DNA of 64,000 nucleotides from Flavobacteriales bacterium (GTDB lineage Bacteria > Bacteroidota > Bacteroidia > Flavobacteriales_F > PHOS-HE28), in NCBI GenBank assembly GCA_044346705.1, contig JBIIYP010000003.1:37714-101713 (forward strand), given 5' to 3'. The notes below the pieces were generated by a model. The model saw only the letters and a list, made by a program, of their open reading frames with translations. It did not search any database and was not told where the DNA came from. The position numbers and the translations under genes were made by a program. This document shows, in pieces, positions 17,785-27,810 of this stretch. The first letter of the stretch is position 1, and every line of letters begins with the position of its first letter.

Positions 17785-19569
17785 TCAGGCCCGCATCCCG
17801 ATCACGAGGATGTCGTCCACTTGCTCATGCGCGCCCTTCCATTGATTGAGGGCCTCGAGCAGCATGATCTTCTGCCGTTCCATGGGCATGCCGTGGATCT
17901 CCACCAAGAGCTCACGGAATCGCCGATAGAGGAATTTCTTTCCGCGCGGACCACCGAACTGGTCCGCGTACCCATCGGAGAAGATGTACACCACATCCCC
18001 TTTCTGAAGCTGAATGCGGTGGTCCGTGAACGCCTTGCCTTGCAGCTCGAAGCCACCGATCGGCATCTTGTCCGGAGCGTACTGCAACACCTGGCCGTTG
18101 CGCACCAGGTACAAGGGGCAATTGGCCCCGGAATACTCCAGCATGAGGTCTCCCGGATCAAGTGTGCACAGGGCCATGTCCATCCCGTCGCGCACGAATT
18201 GATCCCGGTCCTTGTGCAAAGCCTCGAAGGCCCTCCGGTTGAGGTCCCGCAACACCTCGCTGGGTCGGACCAGTCCATGTTCCCTCACGGCCTGGTTAAG
18301 CCCATTGTGCCCCACGAGGCTCATGAACGCACCGGGAACACCGTGGCCGGTGCAATCCACGGCCGCGAAAACGACCTTCTCGCCCACCCGGTCGAACCAG
18401 TAGAAATCACCGCTAACGATGTCCTTGGGGCGATAGAACACGAAGCTCTCCGGCAACAGTTCCTTGATCCGTCGTTCGGGGGGGAGGATGGACTCCTGTA
18501 GACGCTTGGCGTAGCGGATGCTGTCCGTGACGTTCTTGTAGAGCTCCACCACTTTCCGGCTTTGGCGCTCGACCTCCTCCTTTTGGCGGACCATTTCCTC
18601 CGTTCGTTCCGACACCTTCTGCTCAAGCACTCGTTCCCGTTCCCCAAGCTCCTCGCGCATCTTCAACAGGGCATGGCCCAACACATCCTCCTCACTGAGC
18701 GGCCGGTACTCCGCTTGAAAATCCCCGGCGGCCACGGCATGGCTGAAGTCCGTGGTGCGTTTCAGGCCATCGATCAAGCCCATCAGGGCTTTGGTCATCT
18801 CGCCGATCTCGTCGTTGCGGTCCGGTATGCGTGAACGGGGGAACACCCCCCGGCCCAGGCTGAGCAAAATACTGCGCAGGCGCTGGACCGGTCGCACGAT
18901 GCCCCGGATGATGAGGAAAGCAATAAAGGTCCCGATGACCAGCAGTCCGGTGCCGAGGTAGAGGACGAAGAACTTGAGCGAGTCGAAGCTTCGGATCATG
19001 CTCCCACTGAGCTGCTGGCGCTTGGTCTCCTGCAGCTTGAGCAATACGTCCAGGTCGTTCAGCACCTTTTCGGTCTGCTCATCAAGGGGGCCGCCCTCCT
19101 CGGCCAGGTCACTTCGTTCGGTCCAGACCAGTGCGTCGCTATAGCTCGCCATATCGGGCAACAGCTCTTTGATCCGGTCATGCATGTTGAACAGTTCCTG
19201 CATTTCCGTCGTGGTCCGGTTCAGCAACGCCACCTCCTCCTTTCCCCAGTGGGAGGAAAGGGTGTCGATCCGGTCCATGATGATCGGCAGGTCCCGTGTG
19301 GTGAGCGCTACCAGGGCTGTTTTCTCGGGGGCGTCCGGGATGCTTTCCACCTGTGCCCAATTCTTGATGAGCATGTGGGCATTGACCAGCACGTTGCGCA
19401 GTTCGACCAGGGCGTCCACGCTGGGGGAATAGACCTGGTTGATCTGGTCATTGATCGCTCGGCTGCGTTCCAGGGTGCGGTTCGTCAGGAAGACGACCAG
19501 CATGGCGAAGAAGATGAACAGGCCGAAGCCCATGCCGATCTTCCTTCCTATGGTCATGCGGAAACGCAT
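17785..19569 (-). CDS. Membrane sensor PP2C/SpoIIE phosphatase (periplasmic helical sensor, HAMP)
   Basis: Two TMs; HAMP (RNDEIGEM); SIRYAKRLQ, PKDIVSGDFYW, DCTGHGVPGAFMS, DGMD, FSDGYADQFGG and QVDDILVIG. Confidence 0.93.
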   Translation of the reverse strand: MRFRMTIGRKIGMGFGLFIFFAMLVVFLTNRTLERSRAINDQINQVYSPSVDALVELRNVLVNAHMLIKNWAQVESIPDAPEKTALVALTTRDLPIIMDRIDTLSSHWGKEEVALLNRTTTEMQELFNMHDRIKELLPDMASYSDALVWTERSDLAEEGGPLDEQTEKVLNDLDVLLKLQETKRQQLSGSMIRSFDSLKFFVLYLGTGLLVIGTFIAFLIIRGIVRPVQRLRSILLSLGRGVFPRSRIPDRNDEIGEMTKALMGLIDGLKRTTDFSHAVAAGDFQAEYRPLSEEDVLGHALLKMREELGERERVLEQKVSERTEEMVRQKEEVERQSRKVVELYKNVTDSIRYAKRLQESILPPERRIKELLPESFVFYRPKDIVSGDFYWFDRVGEKVVFAAVDCTGHGVPGAFMSLVGHNGLNQAVREHGLVRPSEVLRDLNRRAFEALHKDRDQFVRDGMDMALCTLDPGDLMLEYSGANCPLYLVRNGQVLQYAPDKMPIGGFELQGKAFTDHRIQLQKGDVVYIFSDGYADQFGGPRGKKFLYRRFRELLVEIHGMPMERQKIMLLEALNQWKGAHEQVDDILVIGMRA

Positions 19570-19572
19570 CGG

Positions 19573-20472
19573 CTACTTATCGGGGGTCGGTTCCGCGTCC
19601 AGCGCTTCATACAACTGTCTGTAATGATCGCTCTGGCGTTCGTCCTGCAGGCTGTAGTAAATGCCCTCCAGGCCCAACAGGGTCTCCCGCCGTGTGGCGT
19701 TCATATCGAACGCCTTCAACATGTACGGCAAGGCCTCCATGAAGAGGTCGCGGCTCACCTCCTGGATCCGCTGCAGGCTGGGAATGTCATTCTCCGCGCT
19801 CACACGCTGGATGTTGTAGACCCCGCGATTGTAGAACAAGGTGGCCAGGTTGTAATTGGCACCATAATTCCCGGGGTCCAGCTCCAGCACGTGGCGGTAG
19901 GTCTGTACCGCCTGGTCGAACCACTCCTCCTGCTCCCGGGCCAGGTTGAACCGCTTGGTATACACGGTCCCAAGGGCGTTGTTGAACTCAATATCGCGTT
20001 CGCTCAGGTCTCTTCCCGGGTCCAGGCGAAGAACAGCTTCCTTGTATCGGCTGTAGTCGGCTTGGGCCTTTTCCTGGTCAAGCTCGTTCAGTGCGCGCGC
20101 AGCATCATTGTAAAGCGTCTTGGCCAGAAAATCATAGGCCTGCAAACTGCTTTGGCTGAACTCGCGCGCCGTATCAAGCTCGGTGCTGATGTACAGGCTG
20201 TTCAGTGCTTCCTGCCGCAGGGCACCCGCCTCTGGACCCTGTGGGGCCTGCTTGAACAGGTCCTTGTAAACGAATCCTCGAAGCACCCAGGCTTCCGGGG
20301 CACGCGCGTGGTCAGGACCTTGGACCGCCGCATCCAACAACACGCGCGCTCCGGCCAGGTCGCCCGCCTGGTACTTGCGGTTCGCGTTGACCAGCGCATC
20401 CGGCTGCGCCATGGCCGTTGCTGCCCAACAGCAGAGCAGGACGGCGGTGATATGATGGCGCAGGCGTTTCAT
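19573..20472 (-). CDS. Exported TPR-repeat protein
   Basis: Signal peptide; TPR-like helices (EAWVLRG, LELDPGNYGANYNLATLFYN). Confidence 0.8.
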   Translation of the reverse strand: MKRLRHHITAVLLCCWAATAMAQPDALVNANRKYQAGDLAGARVLLDAAVQGPDHARAPEAWVLRGFVYKDLFKQAPQGPEAGALRQEALNSLYISTELDTAREFSQSSLQAYDFLAKTLYNDAARALNELDQEKAQADYSRYKEAVLRLDPGRDLSERDIEFNNALGTVYTKRFNLAREQEEWFDQAVQTYRHVLELDPGNYGANYNLATLFYNRGVYNIQRVSAENDIPSLQRIQEVSRDLFMEALPYMLKAFDMNATRRETLLGLEGIYYSLQDERQSDHYRQLYEALDAEPTPDK

Positions 20473-21011
20473 TTCGCCACGAAATAGGCCAGATTGGTCA
20501 AGGTGGTTCCGACCTCCAGCTTGTGCTGTGCGGCGTTCACCACACTGATCTCATACTTCAGCGTGTTCTCCACACGCACGAAATTCACCACACTGCCATC
20601 CTCAAGAGCCCCGTCGTATTCGGTGATGAGCAGGGTGGATCGGCCTTTGAGCTTCTTGTTGAGCGCGTCCATGATGCTCAGGTCGGCCTGGCTTACGAAG
20701 AGCATGTGGCAGGGCTCCACTTCCGCCGAACGTGGCAGCTTCAATACCTCAATGGGTTGTTTGCCGATGCTCTTCGTGGCGTACTTCTTGATCAACTCCT
20801 GATACAGGTTCGTGCTGCCGATGACCCCGATCTTGAAGTTCCCGCTCTTCAATGCGGGATCCTTCCATTCCACCAGTTTCGCGATGTTGTAGATGTAGCT
20901 GGCCTGCACCATGGCTGCCGTGTCCTTGTCCGCTTCACGCGGGTCGGTGGCCCCCAGTAGCAACGGGAGCGCGCACAACAGAAGAAGTCCGGACAGGGGT
21001 GGGCACCACAT
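20469..21011 (-). CDS. YfiR (DUF4154)-family periplasmic protein
   Basis: ASYIYNIAKLVEW...FKIGVIG...CHMLFV...TLLITE...VNFV...KYEI...AAQHKLEV. The start position is uncertain. Confidence 0.82.
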   Translation of the reverse strand: MWCPPLSGLLLLCALPLLLGATDPREADKDTAAMVQASYIYNIAKLVEWKDPALKSGNFKIGVIGSTNLYQELIKKYATKSIGKQPIEVLKLPRSAEVEPCHMLFVSQADLSIMDALNKKLKGRSTLLITEYDGALEDGSVVNFVRVENTLKYEISVVNAAQHKLEVGTTLTNLAYFVAK

Positions 21012-21072
21012 CGCGAGCGACCTACTTTTGGAGCACGCCGTTACGGACGGACCACGCCCATTCTCCGATCCC

Positions 21073-22560
21073 ATGCCGAACCACCTCAACACAAGGCAAA
21101 GTAGGCGCATGCTCAGGGGCTGGGGGCTTGCGTCGACGCTCATCTGTTCACACGCTGTTGTTCACTCACAGTCCTTGGTGGAGCCCAAGCTCCAAGCCAT
21201 CGAGCAGGCTGCGACACATGCTCCACAGGGGTACGATTGGCTGGTGTGGAGCGCCACCCATGTGGGACATCGCCTTACCGGCACAAGCCATGGCGCGCGG
21301 GCCGAAGCAATGGCGGACAGCCTGTTCCGCGCCTCCGGACTGGCCGGGGTCTCGTACTTCCCCTTCGAGGCCCGGGCCTGGCAGCGCGATTCAGTGGGCC
21401 TTGAGCTTGCCTCCCGCGACAGCACCTACCGGCCGGACTGCGTTGCTCTGGCCCACTCGCCAGTGGCGGCATCGGTCGAAGCCCCGCTCCTCGACCTAGG
21501 CAACGGCCTGCAGGCCGATCACGACCGGCTCGCGGGGCAGGTGAGGGGGCGCCTCGTCCTGGTGAACCTCGGACTGGTCGACGCCCCGAAGGATGCGGGC
21601 AACCTGCACCGTTCCGAGAAGACCGCGCTTGCGATCCATGCTGGTGCGGCCGGGATCCTCTTCGTGAACAACGTGGCCGGCCATGTGCTGCTTACCGGTA
21701 CCGCTTCGGTGAGCGGCGAGCTCATCCCCGTCCCTGCGGCCTGCATCAGCAGCGAGGACGGCGCCATCCTGCGGCGTTGGCTTGAACAGGGGCGACCGGT
21801 CCGGGCCCACTTGAACATGACCAACCACAGCGACCTGGTGACCGCCCGCAATGTGATCGCCGAGATCCCGGGCAGCGACCTTGCGCAAGAGGTGGTGATC
21901 GTCGGTGGCCACCTGGATTGCTGGGACCTGGCCACGGGAGCAACGGACAATGGGCTGGGGTCCTTCAGCATCCTGGACATGGCCCGATGCCTGACGGTGA
22001 GCGGCCTCCGTCCGCGACGAACCATCCGCTTCGTGCTGTTCATGGGCGAGGAGCAGGGCCTGCTCGGTTCACGGGCCTTGGTGGACCACTACCGCAGCAC
22101 CGGCGAGCTGGCGAACATCCGCTGCATGGTGAACATGGACATGACCGGGCACCCCCAGGGATTCAATGTGACCGGACCGAACGGTTGGGAGCAGGTGGTG
22201 GAGCGCTTCAATGCCGAGATCCGCACCGTGGACAGTGCGGCTTTCGCCGGGCGCACCAGCACGGGCGCCGGGTTGCACAGCGACCACCAGCCCTTCATGC
22301 TTGCCGGGGTGCCGGTGATCAGTCCACAGAGCGACCTGGGAAGCCATGTCTATGGCTGCTACCACAGCAGCTGCGACGACATTCACCTGGTGGACCCGCA
22401 GGCCATGGTCGACAATGTGCGCTTCGTAGGCATGTTCATGGCCTTGCTGGCGGATGCCGAGGCACTACCGCCGACGTTCACCGAAGAGCAATTGAAGGCC
22501 CGGATGATCTCGGAAGGGCTTGAGGAAAAGCTCCGGATCGGAGGCGACTGGCGCTGGTAG
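21073..22560 (+). CDS. M28 metallopeptidase with PA domain (carboxypeptidase Q-like)
   Basis: GGHLDCWD, GATDNG, FMGEEQGLLGS, NMDM, SDH and YHSSCD. The start is approximate. Confidence 0.9.
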   Translation: MPNHLNTRQSRRMLRGWGLASTLICSHAVVHSQSLVEPKLQAIEQAATHAPQGYDWLVWSATHVGHRLTGTSHGARAEAMADSLFRASGLAGVSYFPFEARAWQRDSVGLELASRDSTYRPDCVALAHSPVAASVEAPLLDLGNGLQADHDRLAGQVRGRLVLVNLGLVDAPKDAGNLHRSEKTALAIHAGAAGILFVNNVAGHVLLTGTASVSGELIPVPAACISSEDGAILRRWLEQGRPVRAHLNMTNHSDLVTARNVIAEIPGSDLAQEVVIVGGHLDCWDLATGATDNGLGSFSILDMARCLTVSGLRPRRTIRFVLFMGEEQGLLGSRALVDHYRSTGELANIRCMVNMDMTGHPQGFNVTGPNGWEQVVERFNAEIRTVDSAAFAGRTSTGAGLHSDHQPFMLAGVPVISPQSDLGSHVYGCYHSSCDDIHLVDPQAMVDNVRFVGMFMALLADAEALPPTFTEEQLKARMISEGLEEKLRIGGDWRW

Positions 22561-22566
22561 GGGAAC

Positions 22567-23082
22567 TCAGGCCTTGCCGCCGTCCTTGCTTCCGCCGGTC
22601 GTGCCCTGAAGGTCGCGATCGAAGAGGTAGAGCCCTCCCTTGTCATTCCCGATCAGGTTGAGCTTGTCGATCAGGGTCCGGGCCAGGGCCTCTTCCTCGA
22701 TCTGTTCGCCCACATACCACTGCATGAAGTTGTGCGTGGTGTAGTCCTTTTCCTTCAGGCAGGTATCCACGACCCCGTTGATCTCCTGGGTCACTTTCGT
22801 TTCGTGGTGCAACAGGGCCTGGAAGATGTCGGTGATGGACTTGAAATTCGTCGCAGGTTGTTTCAGCGCAGGGATCACGGCCTTTCCGCCGCGTTCGTTG
22901 ATGAACTTCACAAGCTTCAACATGTGCAGACGCTCTTCGTCACTATGGCGGTAAAGGAAGGCGGCCGTTCCGCTGAGGCCCTGGTTCTCGGCCCAGGAGG
23001 CCATGGCCAAATAGGCTTGGCTGCTGCTGGCCTCTATGGACACCTGGCCGTTCAGGGCCGCTTCGATCTTCTTGCTCAGCAT
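22567..23082 (-). CDS. ftnA: Non-heme ferritin
   Basis: YLAMASW, EERLHM, HETKVT and FMQWYVGEQIEEE ferroxidase motifs. Confidence 0.94.
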   Translation of the reverse strand: MLSKKIEAALNGQVSIEASSSQAYLAMASWAENQGLSGTAAFLYRHSDEERLHMLKLVKFINERGGKAVIPALKQPATNFKSITDIFQALLHHETKVTQEINGVVDTCLKEKDYTTHNFMQWYVGEQIEEEALARTLIDKLNLIGNDKGGLYLFDRDLQGTTGGSKDGGKA

Positions 23083-23133
23083 GGTGGTGGACTGGTTGAC
23101 GGGCGAAAGATAACGCGCGGTACCAGCACTTGT

Positions 23134-23697
23134 TCAGCGGGTGTTGAAGGTGTTCATGGCATGTCCTATCCCCATGAGCCCGAAGTCGAGCACGGCCTCA
23201 CCGCACAGCTTCAACCGCTCCTCCAAGGCTGCGCGCTCTTCTTTGTTCCAAGGGCTCAGGACAAAATCGGCCTGGCGCCCTTTGGGGAACGCGCTGCCGA
23301 TTCCGAAGCGTAGCCTTGGGAATGTTTCCGTACCGATCAGATCGATGATGCTCGTCAGCCCGTTGTGCCCTCCCGCACCGCCGCTGGCGCGCAATCTGAT
23401 CTTGCCGAACGGCAACGCCAGGTCGTCCGTTATGACCAGTACGCGCTCACTGATGACCTTCTCCTGCTCCATCCAATAGCGCACGGCCTTGCCGCTCAAG
23501 TTCATGAACGTGGACGGTTTCAACAGGATCAGGGTGCGGCCCTTGTGCCGCAGTTCGGCCCGGTCGGCATAGCGGTCCGGGGCGAACGCGACGCCTGCGG
23601 CTGCGGCCAGAGCGTCCAGCACCTGAAAGCCGATGTTGTGCCGGGAGCCTTCATACTCAGGCCCTGGATTGCCCAGGCCGATGATCAGGTATTTCAT
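23134..23697 (-). CDS. pth: Peptidyl-tRNA hydrolase
   Basis: GLGNPG, RHNIGF, KPSTFMNLSG, GGHNGL and RLRFGIG. Confidence 0.97.
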   Translation of the reverse strand: MKYLIIGLGNPGPEYEGSRHNIGFQVLDALAAAAGVAFAPDRYADRAELRHKGRTLILLKPSTFMNLSGKAVRYWMEQEKVISERVLVITDDLALPFGKIRLRASGGAGGHNGLTSIIDLIGTETFPRLRFGIGSAFPKGRQADFVLSPWNKEERAALEERLKLCGEAVLDFGLMGIGHAMNTFNTR

Positions 23698-23707
23698 GGG
23701 GTACACC

Positions 23708-23744
23708 AAAGGAACGGACCCCCGACGATGCCGAGGGTCCGTTC
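23708..23744 (-). terminator. Hairpin between rplY and pth
   Basis: GAACGGACCC...GGGTCCGTTC stem followed by a short T run on the minus strand. Confidence 0.55.
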
Positions 23745-23778
23745 ACTGTCACAGAATGGGGACCAGTGTCCCGGATGA

Positions 23779-24429
23779 TCACTTCTTGGCAGCGGGCTTG
23801 GCCTCGGCCTTGGCAGGAGCAGCTCCTTTGGCGGGAGCGGCACCGGCAGCAGCAGGCGCACCGGCAACAGCGGCAGCCTCCTCCACCTTCTTCGGCATCT
23901 TCACCGCCACCACCACATCGTCCGGTCGCTCCAGGATGGTCAACCCGTTGTACTTCAGGTCGCTCACGCGCACGCTGTCGTTCAGGTCGAGGGTGTTGAT
24001 ATCGAGCTCAAGGTGCTCGGGAAGCGCCGTAGGCAGGCCCTTCACCCGCAGCTTGCGCAGGGGCTGGGTCAGCTTGCCTCCTTTGCGTACACCGGGGCTC
24101 TGGCCCATGAGGCGCAGGGTCAGCGTCAGCTTGGTCTCCTTCACTTCGCTCATCTCAATGAAGTCCACGTGCAGCAGACGATCGCTCACCGGATGGAACT
24201 GCGTGTCCTGCACCAGAGCCAGGACCTTACGGCCATCGATGTTGATCTCCAGCTGGTGCACCTCGGGGGTGTGGACCACTTTGTTCAGCGGGGCCTCCTC
24301 CACGCTCAGGTGGATGGGGCTCTCACCGCCGTAGAGCACGCACGGTACGCGCTTGTTGCGACGCAGTTGGGCGGCGCCCTTGGAGCCCTGGACCGTGCGC
24401 AGGCTACCGTTGAGTTCTACCTTTTTCAT
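23779..24429 (-). CDS. rplY: 50S ribosomal protein L25 / Ctc
   Basis: LRRNKRVPCVLYG, QFHPVSDRLLHVDF and GVRKGG; lies between prs and pth. Confidence 0.96.
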   Translation of the reverse strand: MKKVELNGSLRTVQGSKGAAQLRRNKRVPCVLYGGESPIHLSVEEAPLNKVVHTPEVHQLEINIDGRKVLALVQDTQFHPVSDRLLHVDFIEMSEVKETKLTLTLRLMGQSPGVRKGGKLTQPLRKLRVKGLPTALPEHLELDINTLDLNDSVRVSDLKYNGLTILERPDDVVVAVKMPKKVEEAAAVAGAPAAAGAAPAKGAAPAKAEAKPAAKK

Positions 24430-24443
24430 GACCGTCTTGGGTG

Positions 24444-25391
24444 TTATGCAATAATGAAGTGGCTGCTGATGCTCTCGTGGTTGCGCACGCGCTTGATCAC
24501 ATCGGCAAAGAGCTGGGCCACGGAGAGCTGCTTGATCTTGTTGGTGAGCTCCCGCTTGGCCTCGCTGATGGGTATCGTATCGGTGACGATGAGCTCTGTG
24601 AGCGCGCTGCGCTCAATGCGGGCACAGGCATCGCCGCTCAGCACCGCATGTGTGCACACCGCACGAACACTGGTGGCGCCCTGCTCCATCATCATTTCGG
24701 CAGCCTTTGTCAGCGTTCCTGCCGTATCGACCATGTCGTCCACGAGCACCACGTCCTTTCCGCGCACATCGCCGATCACGGTCATGCTCTCCACCTGGTT
24801 GGCCACTTTACGCTGCTTGTAGCAGATGGCCATGTCCACGCCGAGGTGCTTGGCGTAGGCGTTGGCGCGCTTGGTGCCTCCGGTGTCAGGGGCGGCCATC
24901 AACAGGTTGGGCAGTCCCATCTCCTTGATGTGGGGCAGGAAAATGCTGCTGGCGAACAAGTGGTCCACCGGAACTTCGAAGAAGCCCTGGATCTGGTCCG
25001 CATGCAGGTCCATCGTCATGATGCGGTCCACCCCAGCGGCCGTCAGCATGTTCGCCACCAGCTTCGCCCCGATGCTCACGCGGGGCTTGTCTTTGCGATC
25101 CTGGCGGGCGAAGCCGAAATAAGGCATGACGGCCACAATGCGCTTCGCACTGGCGCGCTTCGCGGCATCCACCATCATCAACAGCTCGAAAAGGTTGTCG
25201 CTGGGCGGGAAGGTGCTCTGTACGATGAAGACCAGTTCGCCACGCACCGTTTCCTCGAAACTGGGTTGGAATTCCCCGTCGCTGAAGCGGCTCACGGTCA
25301 CTTCACCGAGGCGTTCACCGCTGTTGGCGGCGATCTTGTCGGCCAGGTACCGGGTAGCGGTCCCGCTGAAGATCTTGGCGCTTTCGTACAT
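24444..25391 (-). CDS. prs: Ribose-phosphate pyrophosphokinase
   Basis: KIFSG, RFSDGE, PYFGFARQDRK, DLHADQIQGFF and LVDDMVDTAGT. The likely start is ATG 25391. Confidence 0.97.
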   Translation of the reverse strand: MYESAKIFSGTATRYLADKIAANSGERLGEVTVSRFSDGEFQPSFEETVRGELVFIVQSTFPPSDNLFELLMMVDAAKRASAKRIVAVMPYFGFARQDRKDKPRVSIGAKLVANMLTAAGVDRIMTMDLHADQIQGFFEVPVDHLFASSIFLPHIKEMGLPNLLMAAPDTGGTKRANAYAKHLGVDMAICYKQRKVANQVESMTVIGDVRGKDVVLVDDMVDTAGTLTKAAEMMMEQGATSVRAVCTHAVLSGDACARIERSALTELIVTDTIPISEAKRELTNKIKQLSVAQLFADVIKRVRNHESISSHFIIA

Positions 25392-25445
25392 GGCGATCCA
25401 GGTGCTCGGCCCCCTGCCGACCCACCGGGCGGGCGAAAGGGGGTG

Positions 25446-25453
25446 CAAATGTA
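25446..25453 (-). promoter_or_regulatory. Bacteroidota -7 element (TACATTTG) for prs-rplY-pth
   Basis: Exact TAnnTTTG match upstream of prs. Confidence 0.6.
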
Positions 25454-25532
25454 GTGATCCCCCGTAGGTTATCAACGATCGTTGGTGAAGCTCTGCTTTA
25501 GGCATTCTCCCTTTGTGCGACCTTCGTCGTCC

Positions 25533-27809
25533 ATGTCCAGCAAACGCGGCCCCTCCCCTAAGCCCTCCACCATCGAACAGGACGTCCTTGCCGCCGTCCG
25601 AAAAGCCGGCCATGCCGGGGTCACCAGTCAGCAGATCGCCCTTCAGCTCGGCATCCGCGAAAAAGACCAACGCTACGTGGTTTTCGACGCCATTGATGCC
25701 CTGTTGGACGCAGGGCGGATCCGGACCGGCAAAAAGGGCCGCTACATCAGCGACCAGAAACGCTCGGAGTCCGAAGGCACCATCGACATCATCGGTAGCG
25801 GGGGTGGTTACGTAAGGTTGGAAGGGGACGACAGCGGGGAGGACGTCTACATCCACCCGGGCAATGTGGGCATGGCGCTGCATGGCGATCGGGTCCGGGT
25901 GCACATCGGAGGGGGCCGTGGCTCCAGGCCTGAAGGACGCGTGCTGGAAGTGATCCAACGCCGACGCACCGAATTCGTGGGGGCCATCCACAAGCAACAG
26001 GGCCGCTTGGTGCTCGTGGCGGACGACCAGCGCGTGCAACGGCCCTTCCTGATCCCGGCGGCGGATTCCAAGGAGGCCCGCGAAGGGGATAAGGCCATCA
26101 TCGAACTGGCGGAATGGAAAGATGCGCGTGAGCTTCCGCGCGGGCGGGTGGTGCGCGTCCTGGGCCGCGCCGGGGACCATTTCGTGGAAATGCACGCGAT
26201 CCTCGCGGAGTTCGGGCTGCCCCTGGAATTCCCCGAAAGCGTGATCAAGGCCAGCGAAAAGATCGCCGACGGCTGCACGCCCGAAGAGTTCGCAACGCGC
26301 CGCGACATGCGGGAAACCCCCACCCTCACCATCGACCCGGACGACGCCAAGGACCTGGACGATGCGCTGAGCCTGAAGCGGCTGGAGAACGGGAACTGGG
26401 AGGTCGGCATCCACATCGCGGACGTCAGCCATTACGTGCGGCCGGGAACGGTGATCGATATGGAAGCCGCCGCACGCGCCACCAGCGTCTACCTCGTGGA
26501 CCGCGTCGTGCCGATGTTGCCCGAAAAGCTGAGCAACGATCTCTGCTCGCTCAATCCGAACACCGACAAGCTCAGCTTCAGCGCCATCTTCGAGATGGAC
26601 GAGAAGGCGCGGGTGAAACAGGAGTGGTTCGGCCGCACGGTGATGCGCTCCCGTCGTCGCTTCGCTTATGCGGAAGCCCAAGCGATCATTGACGGTGGCG
26701 AGGGCGACTACAAACACGAAGTGTTGACCCTTCACGCCCTATCGCAGATCATGCGCAAAGAGCGGATCGCGAACGGCGCGCTGGAGATCGGCGGCAACGA
26801 GGTGAAGTTCAAGCTGGATGAGAAGGGCGCCCCCCTTGGTGTGTACGAAAAGGTGATGGGGCCTGCGAACTGGCTGATCGAGGAGTTCATGCTGCTGGCC
26901 AACAAGCGCGTGGCGGCCTGGGTGGGCAAGCAAAAAAAAGGCGGCGTTCCGCCCTTCGTTTACCGCATCCACGACCTGCCCGATCCCGAAAAAGTGGCCC
27001 AGCTGCGTTCACTGGCCAAGAGCTTCGGCCACGAGCTCACGGTGAACCGCGAGGACGACCTGCCGCATGCCATCAACCGCCTGTTGACCTCCATCAAGGG
27101 GCTGGAGGAGGAGAAGATCATCAAGCAGTTCACGATCCGCAGCATGGCGAAGGCCATTTACAGCACCGAGAACATCGGCCACTACGGATTGGCCTTTGAG
27201 CACTACACGCACTTCACCTCCCCCATCCGCCGCTACCCCGACCTGTTGGTACACCGCGCCATGGCCCACTACCTGGCGGGGGGCAAGCACCTGGACCAAG
27301 GGAAACTGGAGTTGAGCTGCAAGCACAGCAGCAACATGGAGAAGCGCGCCAGCGATGCGGAGCGCGCCAGCATCAAGTACAAGCAGGCGGAGTACCTGTT
27401 GGCCCGCATCGGTGAGACCTTCGAGGGCATCATCAGCGGGCTCACCAGCTGGGGCATCTACGTGGAGCTGCGCGTGAACAAGTGCGAGGGCATGCTTTCG
27501 TTGCGTGACCTCCCTGGCGACCTGTACAAGTTCGACCAGGAACGCTATAGTGTGATCGGGCAGCGTACGGGCCATAAATTCCAGCTGGGCCAGGAGCTCA
27601 CCGTGAAGATCCGCGCCGTGGACATGGACAAGCGGACCGTGGAGCTGGTGCTCGTCGAAAAGGGCGCGGCCAAGGGCGCTGGACAGCCGATCGGCGGGTG
27701 GAGCGAGACCCGGCCATCCGTGGATCGCGCCCGACCGGACCGCAAGAAGGCGGAGGCCTCGTCACGGGAACGAAGCAGGAGGTCGTTGGGAAAGAAGAAA
27801 AGGCGGTAG
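25533..27809 (+). CDS. rnr: Ribonuclease R
   Basis: TIDPDDAKDLDDALS, HIADVSHYV, TSVYL, LIEEFMLLAN, HFTSPIRRYPDL, an S1 domain and a basic tail. Confidence 0.96.
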   Translation: MSSKRGPSPKPSTIEQDVLAAVRKAGHAGVTSQQIALQLGIREKDQRYVVFDAIDALLDAGRIRTGKKGRYISDQKRSESEGTIDIIGSGGGYVRLEGDDSGEDVYIHPGNVGMALHGDRVRVHIGGGRGSRPEGRVLEVIQRRRTEFVGAIHKQQGRLVLVADDQRVQRPFLIPAADSKEAREGDKAIIELAEWKDARELPRGRVVRVLGRAGDHFVEMHAILAEFGLPLEFPESVIKASEKIADGCTPEEFATRRDMRETPTLTIDPDDAKDLDDALSLKRLENGNWEVGIHIADVSHYVRPGTVIDMEAAARATSVYLVDRVVPMLPEKLSNDLCSLNPNTDKLSFSAIFEMDEKARVKQEWFGRTVMRSRRRFAYAEAQAIIDGGEGDYKHEVLTLHALSQIMRKERIANGALEIGGNEVKFKLDEKGAPLGVYEKVMGPANWLIEEFMLLANKRVAAWVGKQKKGGVPPFVYRIHDLPDPEKVAQLRSLAKSFGHELTVNREDDLPHAINRLLTSIKGLEEEKIIKQFTIRSMAKAIYSTENIGHYGLAFEHYTHFTSPIRRYPDLLVHRAMAHYLAGGKHLDQGKLELSCKHSSNMEKRASDAERASIKYKQAEYLLARIGETFEGIISGLTSWGIYVELRVNKCEGMLSLRDLPGDLYKFDQERYSVIGQRTGHKFQLGQELTVKIRAVDMDKRTVELVLVEKGAAKGAGQPIGGWSETRPSVDRARPDRKKAEASSRERSRRSLGKKKRR

Positions 27810-27810
27810 A

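Noticed and set aside
24444-26735. 763-aa ORF suggesting a Prs fusion
   Set aside because: The extra N-terminal 448 aa are the antisense shadow of rnr. Prs homology starts at ATG 25391, with its own promoter element upstream.
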